This document shows positions 51,887 to 63,791 of a DNA stretch of 64,000 nucleotides, piece after piece. The stretch comes from Felis catus (lineage: Eukaryota). How positions within the stretch are numbered: position 1 is the first letter of the stretch; every line of letters starts with the position of its first letter. The translations under genes were made by a program, and so were the position numbers. The DNA lies in assembly GCF_018350175.1 (NCBI RefSeq), contig NC_058368.1, positions 226,922,001-226,986,000 on the forward strand, given 5' to 3'. The notes under the pieces were generated by a model that worked only from the letters and a program-made list of their open reading frames with translations, was not told where the DNA came from and searched no databases.

Positions 51887-52097
51887 AAAAGCTACACAAT
51901 TACTGTCTCAAGCAGGAATATGAAATGTACTTGGTCTAGCAAACCATCATTGAGCACATAACCAAAAATATATGCATAGCAATTGCATGTGATAATGCAA
52001 AATAGGCCAACCATAAGTTATCCATTCCTAAAATGGAAATAGGAGGAACATCCATAAGATGCCACTCCATAAGGCTTTCAAAGTATACCTTTATTTT

Positions 52098-52313
52098 TTT
52101 TTAAATTTTTTAACGTTTATTTATTTTTGAGACAGAGAGAGACAGAGCATGAACAGGGAAGGGGCAGAGAGAGAGGGAGACACAGAATCGGAAGCAGGCT
52201 CCAGGCTCTGAGCCATCAGCCCAGAGCCCGACGCGGGGCTCGAACTCACGGACCGCGAGATCGTGACCTGAGCTGAAGTCGGACGCTTAACCGAATGAGC
52301 CACCCAGGCGCCC
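52098..52313 (-). mobile_element. Young felid Can-SINE
   Basis: TSD agtatacctttatttt at 52082-52097 and 52314-52329. Confidence 0.97.
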
Positions 52314-52552
52314 AGTATACCTTTATTTTAACGAAGTCCAGAATTAGACCTATAACTAGTGAAGTTTACTTGAGTTATCTCAAGTTCAAGCTTATTTCTG
52401 ATGTTCAATGTGTGGTTCAGGTGACAATATAGGCTACGCTGGAAAATGAAAGGAAAAGTCATGTATAAAATAATTAAAATTAAATTTATTTTTAGCTACT
52501 ACATCTTTCAAAGGGATACAGTAAGAAAGAGAACAGGTGAGAACGAGGTTGT

Positions 52553-52642
52553 CTTTTTTATCGAAGTTTAGTTGACACACAACATTACATTAGTTTCGGG
52601 TATACCACATGTGATTCAACAACTCTATACGTTATGCTGTTT
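52553..52642 (-). mobile_element. Short L1 3' terminal fragment (carnivore-type)
   Basis: gaagt.tagttgacacacaa..ttacattagtttc.ggt.tac.aca..gtgattc. Confidence 0.75.
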
Positions 52643-52874
52643 TTATTGATCAAACTCTTCCTATTACAGAAAATTTTACACAGGAGTCCCTGAATCTATT
52701 AGAAACAAGAAAGAATTTGGAAGTGGGCGAAACTAATTTGAAATTCTGGCATTCTAATTACTTCTCTTTGGGCAAGTTCCTTACTTTTTTGTGTCTCCAT
52801 TTGCTTGTTTACAATACGTGATATTTATCTTGTCTACTTCACAAGACGATTGTGGGCTCACTTCTGTTTTCTTT

Positions 52875-53092
52875 TTTTTTTTTTTTTCAACGTTTTTATT
52901 TATTTTTGGGACAGAGAGAGACAGAGCATGAACGGGGGAGGGGCAGAGAGAGAGGGAGACACAGAATCGGAAACAGGCTCCAGGCTCCGAGCCATCAGCC
53001 CAGAGCCTGACGTGGGGCTCGAACTCACGGACCGCGAGATCGTGACCTGGCTGAAGTCGGACGCTTAACCGACTGCGCCACCCAGGCGCCCC
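52875..53092 (-). mobile_element. Young felid Can-SINE
   Basis: TSD tctgttttcttt at 52863-52874 and 53094-53105. Confidence 0.97.
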
Positions 53093-53139
53093 ATCTGTTT
53101 TCTTTATATATTTGCACCTGAGAGATCTTACTAAGTTCG

Positions 53140-54626
53140 TGCTTTCCATATGCTAACAACTCAAAACTTTATCCTCCTGTTTAGAGTTTTCCCTGTTCTC
53201 CAAACACATACATCTGATTTCGTTTGACATCTCCATTTTGATGTCTACTAGACGTCTAGGACTCAAAAACCAAATTCCAGAGTGAAGTCTTCTCCACTTC
53301 CTGCAATATTGTTTATTTTAGAATATAACCAGGTTCTCAGACCCCAAACCCAGAGGCATCCTTGACTCCTGTCTCTGAACTTCACATTCAGCCATCAGCA
53401 ATCCTGTCGGCTCTTCCTCCAAAACACATACACAGTCTGATCACTTCTCACCAACTCTGTTTCTAGCACACTGGTTTGGGCCACCAACATCTCCCATGAG
53501 GCATGTTGCTTGAGGCTGGTCATTCCTGCCCTCTTTTGCCCTCGCTAGCTATACTTGGTACCCGTGCCACGACAAGGTACCACAACTGAGGCACCTGAAA
53601 CAACAGAAATGTATTGCTTTACATTGTTCTGGAGGCCAGCCGTCCAAAATCAAGGTGTCGGCAGGGACGTGATCTCTCTGAGACTTTGAATGGAATCCTT
53701 CTTTGCCCCTTCCTGGCAAAGGGTGGTTGCCTGCAGACCTTGGTTCTCCTTGGCTTGCAAATGCATCACTATAGTCTCTGCCTCTGTCCTTGCATAGAGT
53801 TCTCCCTGTGTCTGTGCCCACATTACCCTCTTGTTATAAAACACCAGTCATATTGGAGTAGGGCCTAATCTAATGACATCATCTGAACTTGATGCAGACA
53901 TCATCTACGAAGACCCTACTTCCAAATTGGTCACAGTCACAGATACTGAGGGTTAGGTCTTCAATATATTTTGGGGGGAATACAATTCAGCCTATAACAC
54001 CAACCTTCACAGTATCCTCGAGCCATCGGTCAGATTGACTCTGAAAAACCTAAGTCAGACCCATCCTTTCTTTGCCCAGAACCTTCTTACAGTGTCACCA
54101 TCTCTTTGAGAGTCAAAACTGAAATCCTCACATTGAGCTGCAAGGACCGCCAAGGTCCCACATGACCTTCCCCTCCCCCACATTCCTAGATCCACCCCTG
54201 CCCCTCCTCTCCATGCTCATTGCATCCAGTGGTCCCGAATCCTTGCTGTTTCTCAGAAATGTCAGACACTCATCCAGCCAAGGTAGGGGCTTTTGCACTT
54301 GCAGGTTTATGTCTAGAATGCTCCTCTCCCAAGCACCTGTGGGGCTCACACTCCCTTCCTTCAGGTCTCTACTCAAATGTCCTGGGCCCTCCTTGCCCAT
54401 CTATAAAAACTCACAACCCCTTCTTCATTCTTGGTGTGTGACCTCCTCATCACCTGCCTGATCGGTCTTCTTAGCTCTTATCATCACAACATGTTCTCTA
54501 TTTACCTATTTGTTTCCTTCACTTGACTGTAAATTCAGACATACCGCTCTATCCACTTCCAGTCCCTTAAAACATAACAGGCAATTTATTCCATAAAATA
54601 TTTGTTGAATATATAAATAAATGAAC
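53140..54626 (+). mobile_element. L2 3' region, split by an MLT1 LTR
   Basis: ttgacatctcca.tt.gatgtcta, gcatccttgactcct, ttcaggtctctactcaaatgtc; tail aaatatttgttgaat. Confidence 0.85.
53550..53999 (-). mobile_element. MaLR solo LTR (MLT1B/C-like)
   Basis: aaacaacagaaat.tatt...ttctggaggc.ag..gtccaaaatcaaggtgtcggcaggg...acaattca.cc.ataaca. Confidence 0.9.
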
Positions 54627-55103
54627 TTGCACAAGCAGAAAAATGAGAATTTTTTGAAGCTCCCTAGCTTAAAGAAAGACTGACTTCTCTGTTGTCATGC
54701 TAGGAAGCAGCCATCAGAATGATTTTCAGACTTGCTCAATGCACCAACACCTTACCTTCATACACACATTGTTGCCAATCAAGCAATCACCATCAGCCCC
54801 CCAACTTCTCAAAAAGTTTAGCCAATCAGGGATGGGTTCATTCTAGTAACCACACTCTACAGTGTCACCTGAGTAACCACACATCTGCAGATGACATGAA
54901 CCTATGGGCGCCTCTGGAACTCACCAATCCCTGACGGTGGACTGTCCCTGACCAGCATAATTCTCATTCCTGTCGTCAGCAATAAGCAGTAAGTCAATTT
55001 ATTTCAGATATCAAGTGGTGGTATCACTTGACAAAGGTAGGCAGGGGAAAAGTGTGTGAGATATCTTTGGGAAAATAGGAGGTGAGTTAGAAATGTCATT
55101 TGA

Positions 55104-55320
55104 GGGGCACCAGGGTGGCTCAGTCTGTTAAGTGTCCAACTCTTGACTTCAGCTCAGGTCATGATCTCATGGTTTGTGGGATCGAGCCCTGCGTCAGGCT
55201 CCATGCTGACAGTGCAGAACCTGCTTGGGATTCTCTGTCCCTCTCTCTCTGCCCCTTTCCCCCTCTCATGCGCACAAAATAAATAAACTTTTAAAAAATG
55301 ACACAAAGTTTAAAAAAAAG
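55104..55320 (+). mobile_element. Older Can-SINE
   Basis: TSD gaaatgtca(t/c)ttga at 55090-55103 and 55321-55334. Confidence 0.93.
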
Positions 55321-55421
55321 GAAATGTCACTTGACATTTAGCATTATGTTAATATTGTGCCTTATGAATCATTAGTTATTAGAAAAAATAGATATCTTGC
55401 CTACATATTAAATTATTCACT

Positions 55422-55658
55422 GGGGTGCCTGGGTGGCTTATTCGGTTAAGCGTTCAACTTCGGCTCAGGTCATGATCTCTCAGCTCATGAGTTCGAGACC
55501 CATGTCAGGCTCTGTGCTGACAGCTCAGAGCCTGGAGCCTGCTTTAGATTCTGTGTCTTCCTCTCTCTCTCTACTCTCTCACTGTGTCTACCCTCTTGCA
55601 CTCTGTCTCTCTCACTCTCTCAAAAATAAACAAACATTAAAAAATAATTAAAAAAATG
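55422..55658 (+). mobile_element. Can-SINE
   Basis: TSD aattattca at 55411-55419 and 55659-55667. Confidence 0.94.
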
Positions 55659-56519
55659 AATTATTCATAAACTGCACTTCATCAAATGATTGTATTTTTT
55701 TCATGTATTACCATTAATTTAATGGTTAACTTCATCAAGCTAGTTATTCTTTCCTTTAGTCCTTCATTTCTTCACCACTCCAAGTCTATCTTCCTACAGC
55801 AACAAGTTTCTTAGTGGGTCCATTTCGTTACTCACGAAACCAACGTTGCTAAGGTGCATACATTTGAGAAACATTTATTCTTTCTAACGCTGCAATTACT
55901 GAGTGGTTAGTGGGTACCAGGAGCCGTGCTGGGTCCTGGGTAAACGTGTTCTGTACCTCAGGGAGCTTAGAGCTTAGTGGCGGATTCCCCCAGTAGATCG
56001 ATGGTGTGGTGATACATCTGTGTGTTCACACTGTGTGCTCAGCAAGTGCCTTGTGAGAGGCAGAGCCAGGACTGAAGGGGGAGGCAGGAAAACCTCTCAG
56101 AGGATGTGACCCATAAGTGGAGGGAGGAGGAGTGTAATGTGGGTTATTCTCAGGGTTATTAAAGTACTTTCATGGAGAGGATCTATTTTAATATCTACAA
56201 CATCCCGGTCTCAAGAGCAAATTGTCTCATTTGAAAGACAACTGACACCAAGGAAAGGTAAGCAGGTACAGTCACACGACCAGTAAGTGACAGACACTGA
56301 AGTAGGTTGCAAGTCTTGATGTCACTCTCAGCACGTCCTCCACGTGCCCAACTACCTCGTCTCGTTGTCTGTAACTAAAAAACAGTATATGTCTCTCACT
56401 ACCTGGGACTGACCAACGTAACTCTCACTTCCTATAAGTTTCTCATTGTCTACATCCATTGTCCGAAACACAAAGGTGGCTTACGCCCCACATTTTATGT
56501 GAATAAGACATGTACAAAT

Positions 56520-56970
56520 GTATGTGTGCGGTAGTCCCCCCAAAAGCTACATCTGTGTCCTAATCTCAGAAGCCTGTGAATGTTACTTTATTTGGAAAAG
56601 GAGTCTTTGTAGATGCAACCAGGTCAATCATTTTGAGAAGAGGAGACCATCCTGGATTATCAGGTTGGCCCTCAATCCAAAGACAAGCATCCTCATAAAA
56701 GACATGCAGAGGAATAGACAGAGAGGGGGAGGAGGGAGGTAGCCATGGGGACAAGGATTGGAATGATGAGCCACAAGCCAAGGAATGCCTAAAGCCATGA
56801 GGAGCTGCACGAGGCAAAGAACAGAATCTCCCCCAAGAACCTTAGGAGGGAACACAGCCCTGTCAACGCCTTGATTTCTGACTTCTGGCCTCCAGATCTG
56901 CAGAACAAATTTCTGTTGTTTTAAGCCACCCAGCTTGTGGTAATGCGCTAAAGCAGCCCTCGGAAACACA
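56520..56970 (+). mobile_element. MaLR solo LTR (MLT1C-like)
   Basis: cctgtgaatgttac.ttatttggaaa.gg.gtctttg.agatg...ccacaagccaaggaatgcc...aaatttctgttgttttaagccaccc. Confidence 0.9.
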
Positions 56971-57129
56971 TTTCTGTCTCATCAAGTAACCCCAACAGAT
57001 TTTAAATTGGCAATGGATGTCTGATCCGAGATGTAACTGCATTCTCTTTTTCTTCTGTGTTTCTTCCCATAAAGTTAGAATTTTACTGCCACTACTAATA
57101 ATTACAATAGAATTATATAATAAGTAATA

Positions 57130-57368
57130 GTAACCATTCTTATTAATATAGCTTATTTATTAAGTGACAACTCTTCCAAATACACTACATCTTTTATGTC
57201 ATCTAAGCCTTGCAACACTTCTATGGATTAGGTGCTCCTATCAAGCCACTTTTTTTTCAGGTCATTAGACTGAATCTCAGCTTCATTGCCCACGATTGCA
57301 CAGCTAGTTTGTGATGGAAATGACATTTGAATTCTGATTTTATTCTCAGCTTTCCTACCACACCACAG
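57130..57368 (-). mobile_element. MIR
   Basis: atttattaagtg...tcat.taa.cct..caaca...ctatg...aggt...ttgccca.gat..cacagctagt. Confidence 0.65.
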
Positions 57369-58949
57369 AGACTCTTTAGAAAGGGATCATCTGTTCGATT
57401 CCTTGCATGACTTTTCATCAGTGATGGGGATGGGGCCTCTCTGGATGTTCAACCACTTTCTCTCTCTCTTTCTGTCTCTGTCTCCCTTCCTTCCACCCCG
57501 CTTTGAATTGGCCTGCAGAAGGAACCCATATCTCCTAACACTTTGTCCAGTTGAACTGATCAGAGCTCCAATCGCAAGAAGTAGGCAGGTTTGATAGACT
57601 CCCAAACTGCCCAGCCCTCTAAGCGTCCCAGACTGGGCTTTGCAGAGGAGATTTCCTGGAAGAAATGTCACATCCATTATGTTCAGTCTTCGCTTTGGAA
57701 AGGTTGCCTGCAGAATGTCACTGCACACCAAATCTAATGATTCGGTGATATTTGATATGAGAATAAATAAAACAGTCTATACGCTTAGACCTCCCTAAAA
57801 TAAAGATGTTGAATAAATCCAGCAAATGTGCTGAGCCATGTGGGAGTTTTCAGTATTAACTTAAAGGGTTGCAAGCAGGCGTTCAACTCTTCCAACGACA
57901 CAATTCACGGTTATGATACAGTTGTTGACTCTGTGGATGGAATAAGCCTGGCTGAAGAGTGTTTGGGAAGAGTTTTAGGTGACTTAAAAATGACCCTTGA
58001 CCTTGAGTGAGCCGGCACAAGGTAGCCTGGGAAACTCTTACACTTCCTTGGGGAATCAGCTCACGTGGGGCTCCTCTTCCAGAAAGCATTACAGAGTTCT
58101 CCCTCCCTCCCCAGGATGAGTATGGACCTCTCCTTGGGGCTGCCCACCATGCTTATCTCATTGTGTGAAATGTTCTGCTCTTTGGCCTGTCTTCCCTAAA
58201 GAACCACAAGTGTCTCAAGGAGGAGGTGATTCCATGTCATTGTGTCCCCGACGTCTAACCCAGTAGCACTGTGAGTCCTCCATACAGGTGTGTTCTTCAT
58301 GAACCTCCCAAACCTCCAGCCTGGAGAGGACTGTCTTCCAGGTGAACAGGGCAGTCTGCCCCGGGAATATGTACAAGGCCTGGCGGGGCTCACTGCATGC
58401 TCTCCCAGCCCTCCTCCACTTGAAGGACCAAAGTGGACTAAAGCTGAGGTTGGAGAAAATGAAAAATGAAAGCAAACACCCCAGCCAATAAGCTTGATAG
58501 GCTTTGACTTTGGAGACCTCCTGAACATCCATGTAGTGCTAACCATGACTGAGGATCACTTTTTGACTTGAGGATTCTATCAGCTCTTCTCCTCCCAAGA
58601 CCAGAGCCTTTAGGGGATATCCCACTTCCCAGAACCAACCAGAGTCCAGAGCGACTGCTTTGAATACAGACTGGAATCTAAGTTAGAGAAACCCCCCAAA
58701 GGGAGCTGACCTGAAGAATACCTTTATAGGAAATTTGATTTCCTGGAGAAAAGGTACTTACACACCAGGAATTAGAGACTTTGGTATCAGAGCAGAGTAG
58801 AAATCAGGATTCGGTGCGTGCCACAGACTCTCTGGAACTTGAAGACCATCCTTTCCCAAAGCATTTCTCTATAGAAGTGATTCTCCACCAGGCAACATTT
58901 TGGGTATTGGAGGTAGCCTTTTTTTTTTTTTCAGGCTTATTTATTTGTT

Positions 58950-59159
58950 TATTTTTTTAATGTTTACTCATTTTTGAGAGACAAAGACAGCGCATGAGTT
59001 GGGGAGGAGCAGAGAGAAAGGGAGACACAGAATCCAAAGCAGGTTCCAGGCTCTGAGCTGTCAGCACAGAGCCCGATGTGGGGCTCAAACTCACTGACCA
59101 TGAGCTCATGACCTGAGCTGAAGTCAGAGGCTTAACTGAATGAGCCACCCAAGTGCCCC
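58950..59159 (-). mobile_element. Can-SINE (1 of 3 in tandem)
   Basis: Reverse body ending ccacccaagtgcccc. Confidence 0.94.
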
Positions 59160-59170
59160 TTTAAAGAATC

Positions 59171-59388
59171 TTTTTTTTTAATTTTTTAATGTTTATTTCT
59201 GAAAGAGGCACAGAGACAGAGCATGAGTGGGGAAGGGGCAGAGAGAAAGGGAGACACAGAATCCGAGGCAGGTTCTAGGCTCCCAGCTGTCAGCACAGAG
59301 CCCTACACGGGGCTCAAACCCACAAACCACAAGATCATCGCCTGAGCCGAAGTCAGACGCCCAACTGACTGAGCCACCCAGGTGCCCC
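59171..59388 (-). mobile_element. Can-SINE (2 of 3 in tandem)
   Basis: Reverse body ending ccacccaggtgcccc. Confidence 0.94.
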
Positions 59389-59392
59389 TAGA

Positions 59393-59584
59393 TTTATTTA
59401 TTTATTTTGCGAGAAACAGAGAAGGAGAAGAGCAGAGAGAGAGGGAGACAGAGAGAATTCCAAGCAGGCTCTACACTGTCAGTGTGGAGCCTGACACTGG
59501 GCTCAAACTCACAAATCTTGCGATCATAATCTGAGCCGAAACCAAGAGCTGGGGGCTCAACCAACTGAGCCACCCAAGCACCCC
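59393..59584 (-). mobile_element. Older Can-SINE (3 of 3 in tandem)
   Basis: Reverse body of the gagccgaaaccaagag subtype. Confidence 0.93.
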
Positions 59585-59784
59585 TAGTTGTAGTCATCTT
59601 TGGGGGAGGGGATGCTACTGGCATTTAGCGGGTGCGGCCAAGGGCGCTAGAGGGCCCGCCGTTCATGGGACAGTTCTGCACCGCAAGAACAGTCCCAAAT
59701 TGTGCACGATTTTTAGAAGTCCTACCAGACCTTTACTGTGGCAGAATTCCTCTTTATTCTGATGACATCTCTGTTTTACCTGTA

Positions 59785-60279
59785 CTGTGGATTCTCTCCA
59801 TGTTCTGTTCTGTTCTACAGTTATGCTCTGTACAGCCACCAAGAACCCTGAGTTAGTGAAACCAAACCATTGCTCCTGGGAAAAATGCAGTCAGGTCCCT
59901 GTGAGCCTCTGGTCTTAACATTTTCATCAACCTATCAACACATACCCTTGTTTTATGTCTGTTTAAAGACACCTGATTTAATATTTATTGCTGACTTGTT
60001 AACATCAAACTCACTGCCAACGGCACTATTGCTCATGCCTGAATGAATCTTACCTAACACGCGTATTTTCTCTGTCAGGCACAACACAGCAAAATCACCA
60101 CAACAAAGCAAAAACTGGCACTAAATAGACCTAAAAAGGACACTTGTTTAAGGTATAAGAGCTGAGGCAAGGAGGCAGAGCCTTGGGGCACCTGGGTGGC
60201 TCAGTCGGTTAAGCATCTGACTGTTAGCGAGTTTGAGCCCCACCTTGGACTCTGCATTGACAATGCAGAGCCTGCTTGG

Positions 60280-60318
<39 letters not shown>

Positions 60319-60577
60319 CTCTCTCTACTCCTCCCACACGTGCTCTCTCTCAAGATAAATAAATAAACTTTAAAAAAAAAGAAAGAAAAGCAAACAGAGC
60401 CTTGCTGTCTCACCTCAGCTGGGAACGTGCACATCAGGGACTCAAAGTTTTCACTGCTCTGCTCACGCTCCGGAATGTGTGCAAAAGCACCACAGATGCC
60501 AATATGGGGGCCACAAATAAATTTTAACAAGTAGCAAAGTGACATATAGGCCATCCATGAATCATGAGCATTGGCTA
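59785..60577. mobile_element. TcMar-Tigger non-autonomous element (MER82-like)
   Basis: aaccattgctcct, gagcctctggtc..aacattttc, ggcactaaatagacc, cctcagctgggaacgtgc; TA dinucleotide on both sides. Confidence 0.8.
60185..60394 (+). mobile_element. Can-SINE with an internal deletion, inside the MER82-like element
   Basis: TSD cagagcctt at 60176-60184 and 60395-60403; lacks the ggctcaggtcatgatctc segment. Confidence 0.92.
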
Positions 60578-61229
60578 TATATACAAAGCATTATTGTACA
60601 GTTTTAATTTAGACTGAACTTCTCAGAAATGCACAGACTATGAAAACCCAGGGACAGTTGTACTTTGGCTTGGCCCTTCACCAAGAGCTACGTGATCTTT
60701 TGGAACTCACGTCACTGAAGGCAACACTGCTAACGATGTTTGAGTCTCCAGAACAACACATCAACATCACTCTGCGTTTGTAGCAATACCTTTTGTGTGA
60801 TTGTTGGTGCAGGTGTAAGCAACCGTCCATCTCCTTGTGTTGTCTAACACAGCGGCAAGTGAGCATTTATATGTGGCAACACATGGGATTTCAGTGTAGG
60901 TCAGTGTCATTCAGGTTAATTGTACCCCCATTCCACCTCCTATCAAGACAATAGAACCCAATTCAAGACAATAGAACCCAAATCTATTGGTTCAATAGAA
61001 CCCAATTCATATACCCAATATATGCCTGCCATCTTATATTTTATTCGTTGCTATCCCTTTTTAAACATAACAAGTGGCCGTTTTCACCGTTGAAATATAA
61101 TGTAATGTTCCTAAAATTTTGTGCTCACGGGTTTTTGTTTTGCTTTGCAGCCCACTTCTTTTCTCTGAGTTACCTGATGCCCTTGATTAGTTCTTTCGAT
61201 GGAGAGAGATGGTGGTCACACTCCAGATG

Positions 61230-61630
61230 CTCGGCAATGTCTTCATCTAACCTTTGGGCATAAACTGTCACATTTTAAAGGAATGTGATCTCCCAGGTCA
61301 AAACATATTTCCCCTCAACATTCGGAGAATAACATTCCACTGTCTTTTATCATCCATTTTTACTGTGGAGAAATCTGTCGTCAATCTGTTGCCCATTTGC
61401 GGGTCGTCGGCACTTCTTGTCCAGTAAGATTTGCAGATTGCTTGTTTTCTCTGGTTGCCCTGAAGATTTTCTCCCCAGTGTTTGCAGTATCATTTTGATG
61501 TGTCTGGTGTGGACTGATTGATTATTCATCCTGCTCAGCACTCAGTTTACACGTTGTATCTTAGGCCATCTAGGTTCCTAATTTCTGGAAGCTTCTCTGA
61601 CGTTTTATCTTCAAATAATAATTCTCCAAT
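61230..61630 (-). mobile_element. Old L1 ORF1 C-terminal remnant
   Basis: tttcccctcaaca.t...ttccactgtctt...tgtggagaaatctg..gtcaatctg is antisense ORF1. Confidence 0.7.
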
Positions 61631-61739
61631 CACCATTACAATATATTTATACAATAATAAATAATTAAATACTATATTTAACATATACTATGTAATAATA
61701 TGTGTAATAATTTTTTATGTAATTTAATGAATCTGCCTG

Positions 61740-61868
61740 GATTTATTTTAAAGAACTGACTCAGAAGATTATGGGGACTGGCAGGTCTAAAACCTGGGCA
61801 GGTTCACAGACCAGCAGCTTCTCAGGTGAATTGATGTTGGAGCCTTCAGTCAGAATTGCTTCCTCTGT
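61740..61868 (-). mobile_element. MLT2 (ERVL) LTR fragment
   Basis: atttattttaa.gaa.tg.ctca...gattatgggg.ctggca.gtct.aaa. Confidence 0.65.
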
Positions 61869-63791
61869 TTGACTAAGAGTTTGTTTGCTTCTTTGGTTTT
61901 CTCTCCAGCTCTGTGCTCACCCTTTCCCAAAAGCAGTTTTGCCTCTCCCCATCTGCTCAAGGTTCTGCCCCAAAGTAACTTTAAGGATATATTGTCCCTG
62001 TCCCTCAGCCAGCAGTGGCTTGGCCCACTTCCCACTGGTGAAGCAGAGTCTGCCTCTCCCTCATTCCCTAAGATGTGGGCCACAGGCAGAAACCAGTCAT
62101 GGCTCCCTCACCTTCCTCCCCCTGGCTTTAAAGCAGGAAATTGGTCCCAGTCCCCCCACACTCCCACCTCAATAGCGCATGTTTATTTTCCACTAACACA
62201 CGCAAGAGGACACACAGGCACCTCTGCCCACTTCCTCACTTGGAGTCAACAGCCCCATCACGTTTTAGCTCCATGAATGTGGCGGTGTCATCCGAGTTCA
62301 GCTCAGCTTCGGTTCTGGGGATGGACAACTTGATTTTTGACTGTGGCTATGACTTTGATGTTGTTTCCTTTTTCAATGTGTAACTCTCGTTGATACACAC
62401 ACAAATGTATAAAGAGTCACTTTTGTGTGAAGAAGAAGAGCGAGCCTCAAGGTATACACACATCTACTGTGCCACTTTGACTAACGTGCTCACGACACAA
62501 TTTTTAAAATGCCACTTAGGTCATTGTCTGTTTTCCATCAGAGCTGGTTTGATTACTATCTTTCAGTCACTAAGAAACAGAAACACAGTCTCCTAAAGTA
62601 ACGAGAGTTCATTTGTACTACACATCAGATGCAGTTAAGCACAGAGCCGGCAAGGAGGCCTAAATGTGCCCATGAAACCAAAGCAAGATGGCGTCCCCAC
62701 TGGGGCACCATCACCCAACCCCTTTCTTCTCAGCCGTGCCCTTTCTCTGTTAGCTCCAGTCGTGCCCACCGTCCTCTCCATTGGCTGCTCTTCTTTATGG
62801 TCTCCGCCCATTCACAGCTTCTACCCCCACGCTGCTTTCTGCTTATATCCTACTTTCTCTGCATCTCTGGAACTCTGTTTCATTCCACTATCTATTCCGG
62901 TCTTTCTCATCTTACTTTCAAACTTCTCAGAAGAGATACCGTTGGCTTGTTAACGTGACCACCAACAGAAGCAGAATGGCCCTGCTAGGTCGAGCTCTCC
63001 TGAAGAGCCACATTCTCAACCACTCACCTTTCTCATGCCCAGACATGATCCTGGTCCCATTAGTAGTTGCCAGATCTACAGGGTTTTATGACCTGAAGCA
63101 TGAAAATCTAGGTACAAAGCAGTTTCTTTACTCAGAAGGGATGTGGGGATGTGGCAGGCGCTTGGAACAGAAAAGCCTACGTGGTGCAAAGCTGGTCTGA
63201 GTCCCCCATGTCCCCAGTCCAAGGCATCTACAATTATGTTCGTGGTAATTGATGGTTCTTTGCAAATGTCATTATAGGATTCCTTTTATCTATTAGCAAA
63301 TCCCAATTTTGCGGGTAGTATTGTTTCTTGTGAAATTATACCCTTGGGAAATGTGCGTTTCACAGGACTGCAAAATACACATAAGCACTCCTCAAAATCA
63401 TGAATGTTGACTCCAGAATGAGAGGCACAACTGGCAGAACGATGAAAAAAAAACTAAGATGAAAAATTATTCCTGCATATTTCTTCGAGTACTCTTTGAG
63501 CATTTATGTCCTAAGGCAAATCTCATTTTCTTTACACTAGTTTAAGTTATCATTTAATTTTCTTATCCGAGGACCCTTTCTTAGGGGGGTTAAATTTAAC
63601 AGATAACATGCATCTAGTCATCCATTTGTACTTTTAATGAGCCACTCCACCACAAGCAAACAGTTGCCCCAGATAGCATTTAGAAACCTTGTGCCAGCAA
63701 ATGAACAAATGGTCACAGTTGGGGACCTATTTTTCCCATCCTTAATAAAAACCTGAAGACCATTCATAAGGCATTTAAATTCTACTTTCTC

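Larger units (their letters stand above)
58873..60885 (+). mobile_element. hAT-Charlie-type element (MER20B-like), split by later insertions
   Basis: gctactggcatttag.ggg...ggcca.ggg.gctag...gggacagt and, after the inserts, gttttaat.tagactgaa...cacgtcactgaaggcaacactgct...tttgagtc.cca match the recalled MER20B consensus. Confidence 0.7.
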
